64,000 nucleotides of DNA, from positions 416,001-480,000 of the forward strand of contig CAWBEI010000002.1 of assembly GCA_963787835.1 (NCBI GenBank), in the 5' to 3' direction. The DNA comes from Ignavibacteriota bacterium. Its GTDB lineage: Bacteria > Bacteroidota > Ignavibacteria > Palsa-1295. Made by a program: the position numbers and the translations under genes. This document shows, piece after piece, positions 56,808 to 64,000 of the stretch. The notes under the pieces are model-generated. The model searched no databases. It worked only from the letters and a program-made list of their open reading frames with translations, and was not told the DNA's origin. Every line of letters begins with the position of its first letter. Position 1 is the first letter of the stretch.

Positions 56808-57070
56808 GGTTTCCTCCTATATCTCTGAAAACGCGAAGCCACGTAAATGGTTACAAGCGAAGGCGGCTCCTGAGCTTCGTCAACAAGCAAACGCAACAAA
56901 TACTTCCTCCCATTATCTCTCTCATAAATCCGCTGGTAAAAATATTTGGCTGATTCGGAATAAATTCGCTCCTCCGGGCGCATAAGTGTTTGCTCGATTT
57001 GATCTAAACTAACTCCTAACGCGATCATTTTTTCTGTCGCATGTTTCGTAAGCCGATATCGGGTTAGCAT
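56804..57070 (-). CDS. DUF4258-family protein (putative RNase toxin)
   Basis: LTKHATEKM...LVTIY; ATGA-coupled to DUF2283. Confidence 0.75.
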   Translation of the reverse strand: MLTRYRLTKHATEKMIALGVSLDQIEQTLMRPEERIYSESAKYFYQRIYERDNGRKYLLRLLVDEAQEPPSLVTIYVASRFQRYRRKP

Positions 57071-57081
57071 GTCTTAGTAAC

Positions 57082-59154
57082 CTATGACTTCCCATTGAAC
57101 GTCAGATACGTATGATCCTGCAATCCTTTTTCGTAGTCGCTGAGCATACGCATTCCCTCGTTGGGTTTGAGGCGGTCGGATTTAATGGCCTCGTCGATCT
57201 GGACTTTCATGCGGCGCACGAGTTCCTTCTCGTGATATTGCGTTAGTTCCAATACCTGCGCGATAGAGTTCCCGGCAATGGTTTCCTCGATATAAAATCC
57301 GGATTCTTCATCGGGGTCGAGAAACACGTGCGCCTCGTTCACACGGCCAAAAAGGTTGTGCAGATCGCCCATGATGTCCTGGTAGGCACCCGTTAGGAAT
57401 AAGCCAATGTAATAGGGTTCGGAACCACCGCCGGCGCCATCTTTTGAAACGAGCGGATGAAGCGGCAGCGTAGTTCGCACGTCTTTAATATCCGCAAATT
57501 TTGAGACTTTTCCATCAGAGTCGCACGTAATATCGACAAGCGTTCCGTGAATGGTGGGAGGTTCGTTCAGCCGATGCACCGGCATGATGGGAAATATTTG
57601 CCCCAGCGCCCAATGATCGAGTAAGCTCTGAAAAACGGAAAAGTTACATAGATACTGATCCGCAAGATGTGGTGTAAGATCGGCAATTTCTTCTGGAATT
57701 TCTTCATCAATATCGGGATCTTCCGCACGGCGTTTATAGAGTCCCGCGATCTCCTCGACAATATGCCAGTAAAAGGTCTCGATCTTTGCTTTGGTGCGAA
57801 GATCGAGAATGCCAAGATCGAACGCATTCTGAGAATCATCCTTTATTTGCAGCGTATCGTGCAGCGCCTCTCGGGGATTTTCTTCGAGCCGGGCTTTGAT
57901 CTTTTGAAGTTCCTTGATCCACTTATGATCGCTCCGCTTGACGGTGAGATCATACTCCGCTTTCGTTTTTTCAATGGCACCGAAGACCTGCACAATAAGT
58001 AGCGAATGGTGCGCCACGATCGCACGGCCTGACTCCGAAACAATATGCGGATGCGGTACTGCTTCTTCATCACATACATCCATGATATTATAGACGGTGT
58101 CCGCAGCATATTCTTCCATCGTGTAATTCGTGGAAGAGTGAAAGCTGGTGCGGCTGCCATCGTAATCGACACCGAGGCCGCCACCAACATCGATATACTG
58201 AATGCCCGTGAGCCCCATCTTCACAAGCTTTGCATAATAGCGCGTGGCCTCGCGCGTGGCGCGTTTGATCGAAAGAATATCGGGAATTTGGCTGCCGATA
58301 TGGAAATGCACAAGCTGCAAACAATCAATGGAATCTTCTTTTTGTAAATATTCGATGGCTTCGACCAGATCCATCGTCGAAAGTCCGAACTTTGCAGATT
58401 CACCACCGGAGGTCGCCCAGATTCCTGTGCTTTTCGCTGCAAGCCGAACGCGTACTCCAATGATCGGCTTCACGCCGATCTCGCGTCCCACTTCAATGAT
58501 GGATTTTACTTCCTCCACTTTCTCCGCGATCATGATCACTTTCTTGCCCAGCTTGTTGCCGAGCAACGCAGTGCGAATGAACGCGGTATCCTTGTAGCCG
58601 TTGCATATAATAATGGATTCGTTATCCGAATGGGTGGCAAGGGCAGCAAATAATTCCGGTTTCGAGCCTGCTTCAAGGCCATAGTGGAAGGGTCGTCCGG
58701 CATCCTCGATCTCTTCGACCACCTCTCGTAGCTGATTCACCTTGATCGGGAAAACCCCGAGATAACTTCCCTGATAATTAGCCTCTTTGATCGCGTCGTT
58801 AAACCCTTTATTCAGATTCATCACGCGGTCGCGCAGCAAGTCCTGAAAGCGAATGACGAGCGGGAACCGAAGATTCCATTCATCAGCATCTTTAAGGACA
58901 TCCATCACATCGATCGTCGCACCGGCTTCCCGCGCGGGCGAGATCGTTACGTGACCTTTCGCATTAATACCGAAATATCCGAGACCCCACCGGTCGATGT
59001 TGTAGGTCTCGACCGCATCCTCGATCGTCCATACACTTTGAGGAATGAAGTCGGCAAGCGTCAGGTCACGGGAGGAATCGTGACCATTAGTGTTCAGCGC
59101 GTATTCGCGTGAATCAATCGCGGGCTGTTCGCTGGAAACAAGCTGCTCGGGCAA
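57082..59154 (-). CDS. speA: Biosynthetic arginine decarboxylase
   Basis: FPIKVNQ, EAGSKPEL, HFHIGSQI, DVGGGLGVDYDG, DITCDSDG, GAYQDIMGDLHNLFG. Confidence 0.97.
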   Translation of the reverse strand: MPEQLVSSEQPAIDSREYALNTNGHDSSRDLTLADFIPQSVWTIEDAVETYNIDRWGLGYFGINAKGHVTISPAREAGATIDVMDVLKDADEWNLRFPLVIRFQDLLRDRVMNLNKGFNDAIKEANYQGSYLGVFPIKVNQLREVVEEIEDAGRPFHYGLEAGSKPELFAALATHSDNESIIICNGYKDTAFIRTALLGNKLGKKVIMIAEKVEEVKSIIEVGREIGVKPIIGVRVRLAAKSTGIWATSGGESAKFGLSTMDLVEAIEYLQKEDSIDCLQLVHFHIGSQIPDILSIKRATREATRYYAKLVKMGLTGIQYIDVGGGLGVDYDGSRTSFHSSTNYTMEEYAADTVYNIMDVCDEEAVPHPHIVSESGRAIVAHHSLLIVQVFGAIEKTKAEYDLTVKRSDHKWIKELQKIKARLEENPREALHDTLQIKDDSQNAFDLGILDLRTKAKIETFYWHIVEEIAGLYKRRAEDPDIDEEIPEEIADLTPHLADQYLCNFSVFQSLLDHWALGQIFPIMPVHRLNEPPTIHGTLVDITCDSDGKVSKFADIKDVRTTLPLHPLVSKDGAGGGSEPYYIGLFLTGAYQDIMGDLHNLFGRVNEAHVFLDPDEESGFYIEETIAGNSIAQVLELTQYHEKELVRRMKVQIDEAIKSDRLKPNEGMRMLSDYEKGLQDHTYLTFNGKS

Positions 59155-59332
59155 GGTAGTTTGAGTATTAGAAATGAAGAAAAAAGAGCCTCTGAAAAAA
59201 AGGGAAACAGCGAGACCGAGAAATCCGTGCGATAGCGAATCACTACCCGCTTTTAAATAGATAAAAAGCTATGAAACTTTCTCATAGTTTTGGGTCATAT
59301 CCTGTTATAGACCCCTTTCAAGCTAACCTACT

Positions 59333-60082
59333 ATGAAGATCAAACAGACTATTTCCATCCTTTTCGTACTTGCGCTCGTCGGTGGATGCAGAACCACCAC
59401 CACCGATGTTGTCAATGATCTCGGCTCGTTTCGTGGCAATGTTGCCTTAGTCAGCGCGAGCGGCGATACGCTCTCGAACTATGCCGGTGCCACTGTACAG
59501 ATCCAGGGCACACAATTTCAGGCCACAAGTGCAGCGAACGGTGACTGGGAGATCGATAACGTCCCGGCCGGCATTTACAATATTATCTTCACAAAGCCAG
59601 GATTCGATACGCTTGTCCTTCCTCAATTTCAATTCAGCGGAGCTGGCACCACGTTCCTGATGAGCAATGCTATTCAGAAGATCCCGATGGACTCGTTGAC
59701 GTTCACCCTGAATAATACTGGCACCCAGGTATTGACCGGATACGATGGCAAAGGTAATCCGATCTATAACTATGAAGGTAGTTTGGCCGTCGAGGGTTAC
59801 GTTTCCGGGCCGGACACCGGTATCCAGGAATGTACGATAGCCTACACCTATTCTGCCCCATTTTCGACGTTAAGTTCACAGGACTTTGTCTATCTCATCA
59901 ACGACACGTTGCCGGCATTGGAAGAAACAATCCGGTATTCGGAACCACCAGTGACAAGCGGAACAGTACTCACGGTTCAAGCTTCTCTTACTGCGGCCCA
60001 ATCGGCAGTCACGGAATCCTTCGCGCATTTCCAGGCTGCCACTTCGCCATTTCATTCGGTACGAGCGTTCTCATTGCCGTAA
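59333..60082 (+). CDS. Lipoprotein with a carboxypeptidase-regulatory-like domain (paralog 1)
   Basis: Lipobox VGGC; GNVALV..GDTL..YAGAT..G.W.I.N.PAGIY.I..TKPGFDTL. Confidence 0.8.
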   Translation: MKIKQTISILFVLALVGGCRTTTTDVVNDLGSFRGNVALVSASGDTLSNYAGATVQIQGTQFQATSAANGDWEIDNVPAGIYNIIFTKPGFDTLVLPQFQFSGAGTTFLMSNAIQKIPMDSLTFTLNNTGTQVLTGYDGKGNPIYNYEGSLAVEGYVSGPDTGIQECTIAYTYSAPFSTLSSQDFVYLINDTLPALEETIRYSEPPVTSGTVLTVQASLTAAQSAVTESFAHFQAATSPFHSVRAFSLP

Positions 60083-60131
60083 TGATAGAGATTGGCTCCC
60101 GTTATTCTGGAGCCTAAAAAAAGTAAATACT

Positions 60132-60839
60132 TTGAAAATTAGACCTATCCTTTCTATGCTCCTCGGACTTGCACTTTTTAGCGCATGTACGAACAGCTCG
60201 ACCGTGGTCGAGAATACAGCAGGCACGATGCTCGGGAATGTTGCCTTAGTAACTGCCCGTGGCGATACACTCCCGAGCTATGCCGGTGCGACGATCCAAA
60301 TAAAAGGCACCACCTTCCAAACCACCAGCAGCGCTACCGGAGATTGGAAGATTGAAAATATACCGGCTGGTATTTACACGATCCTTCTGACAAAACCAGG
60401 ATTCGATACTCTGGCTTTCTCCAATTTTGCATTTCGCGGTGTTGGAACATCCTATTTCCTGAGCACCGGTATTCAGGAGATCCCGATGGATTCCCTAGTT
60501 TATGCGGTGATCAACACCACGGAAGATTCGAATGTGAACGAGTATGAAGGTCTGATCAGCATGACTGGAAACGCATCTGGCCCCGATAGCGCTTTCTTGG
60601 GCGAAGGGTTGATGGCGGCTTCCGGCGGAATCAATCAATCCGTTAGCGCAACTTTAACGAATGGACAAATTTCTAATTTGGTTAAGGGCGTCATTGGCTA
60701 TTCCGAACCACCCTACACCAAAGGTGCAGTCGTAACATTTCGCGGATACATCTACGCAAACAATCCCATTATAGCATTCACTAATTTCCAACGAGCTGCG
60801 TCGCCCTATATCGTTCAGCGCACACTTACGCTGCCTTAG
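60132..60839 (+). CDS. Lipoprotein with a carboxypeptidase-regulatory-like domain (paralog 2)
   Basis: Lipobox FSAC; same motifs plus shared IPMDSL, YSEPP and ending LP. Confidence 0.8.
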   Translation: MKIRPILSMLLGLALFSACTNSSTVVENTAGTMLGNVALVTARGDTLPSYAGATIQIKGTTFQTTSSATGDWKIENIPAGIYTILLTKPGFDTLAFSNFAFRGVGTSYFLSTGIQEIPMDSLVYAVINTTEDSNVNEYEGLISMTGNASGPDSAFLGEGLMAASGGINQSVSATLTNGQISNLVKGVIGYSEPPYTKGAVVTFRGYIYANNPIIAFTNFQRAASPYIVQRTLTLP

Positions 60840-60855
60840 CGATGCAAGACACCCC

Positions 60856-61434
60856 ATGACGAACGAGCGCCAGCGCGAATTCCTGGAGATGTTAGAACCG
60901 GCGTACGACCGGCTCTCTCGCTATGCGCTCGCCGTCACTCGAGACGAGATGGATGGCGAGGATCTGGTAGGAGCAACGGTGCTCGCCGCGTATGAACAGT
61001 TTGAACGATACACAGACGAAGCGCCCTTCTTGCACTTCCTGGTCAAAATTGCCTCGAGGTTATACAAGCGGCAGCGTTATCGCGAACGCAATCGGGTGCC
61101 ATACAATGAAGCATTGGCACTCGCAAATCGGGATTCAGGGACTTCCCCTGAAACCGCTGCCGAAATACGATTAGTCACAGAAGCATTACAATCGCTGCCG
61201 GAAAAAATGCGTGAGACGGTCGTATTATTTTATGTATCCGATTTTTCGCTCGAAGAGATCCGTCGCATTCAATCCGGAACGTTGAGCGGAGTAAAATCCC
61301 GCCTCAAGCGCGGTAGAGAACAATTAGCTCAAGTGCTTGGCGAGGAACCTTCGCAGGTGAGATCGCCGGTCATGAAGAAAAGGTCAGAGGATAATATGGC
61401 ATTCTTTCTTATTGCCGAGGAACGTTATGTATAA
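60856..61434 (+). CDS. ECF sigma factor
   Basis: GEDLV, LPEKMRETVVL, SLEEI, VKSRLKRGR. Confidence 0.88.
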   Translation: MTNERQREFLEMLEPAYDRLSRYALAVTRDEMDGEDLVGATVLAAYEQFERYTDEAPFLHFLVKIASRLYKRQRYRERNRVPYNEALALANRDSGTSPETAAEIRLVTEALQSLPEKMRETVVLFYVSDFSLEEIRRIQSGTLSGVKSRLKRGREQLAQVLGEEPSQVRSPVMKKRSEDNMAFFLIAEERYV

Positions 61435-62530
61435 CAAAGACTATCAAGACTATTTCCAGGTGCTCCGCACGCGCGAAGCTCGACCCTCCTTCGAGCAGAT
61501 CGTGCAATTAGTAGCGAGCGCCGAAACTCGGGACCGATCGTTGATGCCATTCTATGCCAGGCTCGTAGGCCCGTTCGTGCTTGGCAGCATCATGGCGGCA
61601 GGTGCATGGGCACTTTTTACGCCACAGGGAGGGTCGAACGCGTCGCGAATCGTTCCTATCCGAGCAGCGATCTCAGTACGTGTTTCCGCATCATCTCTTC
61701 CGTCAGTTCCCGCACCAACAACGGAACTCGTTAGTGGAAGCGACATGAGGTTCGTTAGTACGAATGTCATCGAAAGTGGGAAAAATGTCAAAAATGGAAC
61801 CCAAATAATTCATAAGCAGATTATTGAGCCAATCTCGGTCATTCAATCCGATGCTCCGTCGGAGATAGTGATTCCGCAAGCGAATGTCGGCGACATAAAT
61901 GCTCCACTTTCTACATGCAATGTCCGGCAGCAAGCTTCCTCAATTCATCCAATTAGATATGAAGATCAACCAGCTCCTATCGCCATTCCATCGTCGGATG
62001 AAGAACTCACTGAAGATCTATTTGTAACTCTTGGCGGAGCGATCTCACAGCAACTTGGTACAAATACACAATTTCATCAGACCTCTTTCAGCGATGCATT
62101 CTTAGGCATTGGCTACGCATTCACGGCAAATTCGTCGGTACGCCTACTTGTCGGCGAGGAGGCGTTCTCCGAGCCATCCTCATTAACGACGGGCACCATT
62201 GTTTTTTACGACACGATCTTGGGCTCCAGCCATGACGTGATCGGCATGGAGAGAAACTCCAACACCCCTATACTGACCAGAATATGTTGGCTTGGAGGAA
62301 GTTACCGATATACCCTCGGCGATGAATCCTCCGTGCTCAGACCCTTTGCGGAAGTAATGGCTGGTGGCTCGACCGATGGATTCCTAACGCACCAGTCGAT
62401 TGGTGCTGAATTCATTACTTCGAATTCCATTAACTTCGATCTCCTCTTCGAAACGAGCGAATTGTTACCCTTGAATAGCTCGTGGCTGACAAAAGCTGGG
62501 ATCTCCGCAGCTATGCAATTCCGCTGGTAA
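61427..62530 (+). CDS. Anti-sigma-like protein: single TM, low-complexity linker, C-terminal beta-barrel
   Basis: Overlaps the sigma stop; TM near residues 45-63; amphipathic strands ending MQFRW. Confidence 0.6.
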   Translation: MYNKDYQDYFQVLRTREARPSFEQIVQLVASAETRDRSLMPFYARLVGPFVLGSIMAAGAWALFTPQGGSNASRIVPIRAAISVRVSASSLPSVPAPTTELVSGSDMRFVSTNVIESGKNVKNGTQIIHKQIIEPISVIQSDAPSEIVIPQANVGDINAPLSTCNVRQQASSIHPIRYEDQPAPIAIPSSDEELTEDLFVTLGGAISQQLGTNTQFHQTSFSDAFLGIGYAFTANSSVRLLVGEEAFSEPSSLTTGTIVFYDTILGSSHDVIGMERNSNTPILTRICWLGGSYRYTLGDESSVLRPFAEVMAGGSTDGFLTHQSIGAEFITSNSINFDLLFETSELLPLNSSWLTKAGISAAMQFRW

Positions 62531-62586
62531 GTTTGGTTCAGAACGTGAATGGGATTGCAAATCTCTCATTCTCGGTTTCCTGACTC

Positions 62587-63808
62587 ATGACTTATCACAT
62601 CACCAGAGCTGTAATCCAAGATCCAAGAAAAATTTCTCTCCTTCGCGCATTGCTGTTTGGCAGTGTGCTTATTTCCACTTCACTCTCAGTGGTTTCGTTT
62701 GCACAAATTCGAACGTTGTCGTCGCTTCCAAAGCCGGACCACATCCTTGTTGTTATTATGGAGAATCATAGCTATGACGAGATCATCGGCTCATCGGCAG
62801 CCCCGCATATCAACGCTCTCGCGAGTGGTGCAAACTCCGCAGTGTTTACACAATCGTTCGCCATCGAGCATCCGAGCCAACCGAACTATCTTGATCTCTA
62901 CTCCGGCAGCAATCAGGGGGTGACCAGTGACGACCAACCGACAAACTTGCCGTTCACAACACCTAATCTTGGCGGAGAACTAATCGACGCCGGACTTTCC
63001 TTCGCAACCTACTCCGAAGATCTTCCAAGTGTCGGATTTGGTGGCGCAACTTCCGGGAATTATGCCCAAAAACACAATCCCTCATCCGAATGGATGGGAA
63101 CCGGAACGAATCAGCTCTCGGATACCACGAACCAACCGTTCACAGCATTTCCCTCGGATTTTACACAACTGCCCACCGTGTGCTATGTCATCCCGAACCT
63201 GAACGACGACATGCACAACGGCACCGATCCATCTACCATTATCGCTGGTGACATGTGGGTCTATAACAATCTAAACACATATATCCAATGGGCGAATACG
63301 CACAATAGTCTTTTTATCATCACTTTTGACGAGGATGATAATTCACCGGTAAATCAGATTCCGACCATTTTTTCCGGGCAAATGGTAAAAACGGGGCAGT
63401 ATTCTGAAACGATCAATCATTTTAATGTACTTCGAACCATCGAAGATATCTATGGCCTTCCTCATGCCGGCAGTGCTGCAACGGCAACTCCGATCTCGGA
63501 TACCTGGCTCGTTTCATCTGACGTAACAACGCCAGAGAATCATCAACCAACGATCTCCATCTTCCCAAATCCAGCCACGAGCGGCACAAAAATTCAGTGC
63601 TCAATCGATAACATAGGTTTGGGAGAAGTTTTTATTGTCAACACACTCGGTGTTGAAGTGTCACGACTGTTTTCCGGGACACTCGTCACAGGAGATTACT
63701 CGTTTGTTTGGGATTCGACTGGAATGCCGGGCGGGGATATATGAATGTTGTATCAGAACGATCGGAACAATGGCTCATTTTCCGATTGTCTTAGTGGATC
63801 GAAACTGA
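62587..63808 (+). CDS. Secreted acid phosphatase/phosphoesterase with a T9SS sorting domain (apparent +1 frameshift at ~63730)
   Basis: DHILVVIMENHSYD, HPSQPNY, KHNP, DDMHNG, ITFDED; the CTD continues in the shifted frame as GIYECCIR...DRN*. Confidence 0.85.
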
Positions 63809-63815
63809 TTCTGGA

Positions 63816-64000
63816 ATGCCCCGATTCATAAAATATAAATATTGCCTCGTCATCCTTGCGCTTGCAGGGATAACAGGCTGTGGAATGTTCGGTAAGGCAA
63901 CGAAGCCTGTTCCGATCGCCTCCCCGTATCCGCCGCTTGCCGGTGTGCTTGATGAAGAGTATCTACACTCACCATCCGGGGACATTGCCGGTCAATTTCC
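63816..64000 (+). CDS. Lipoprotein, truncated by the window end
   Basis: MPRFIKYKYCLVILALAGITGC, open to the end of the window. Confidence 0.6.
   Translation, partial: MPRFIKYKYCLVILALAGITGCGMFGKATKPVPIASPYPPLAGVLDEEYLHSPSGDIAGQF

Overview
Bacterial chromosomal window, most likely from the Bacteroidota/Chlorobi (FCB) group and possibly Kapabacteria-like. This is an inference from the T9SS C-terminal sorting domains, TAnnTTTG-type promoters and eukaryote-like ProRS. Core genes (lolD, rimM, rpsP, rplJ/rplL, proS, pyrK/pyrD, purE, thiolase, pruA, smc, speA) alternate with accessory genes. Highlights: (1) A minus-strand cluster at 23-29.6 kb encodes a DUF4062(TIR-like)-STAND NTPase-TPR protein, a SLOG-2xSLATT membrane protein and a 6TM channel with a non-canonical selectivity filter; it is a candidate nucleotide-signalling defence system. 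(2) An unexplained ~200-bp dispersed element occurs as 3 full copies plus 1 head, with a promoter-like start and terminal GGCACCTATT direct repeats. (3) Palindromic repeats are inserted in frame in several proteins, one apparently domesticated in speA. (4) An m4C-type methyltransferase is convergent with a GHKL/MORC ATPase-nuclease. (5) A sensor kinase plus REC-TrxB pair is wedged between rpsP and rimM. (6) Two toxin-antitoxin modules have dead toxins. No rRNA, tRNA or CRISPR array was recognised. All family assignments come from motif recognition by eye; no searches were run.
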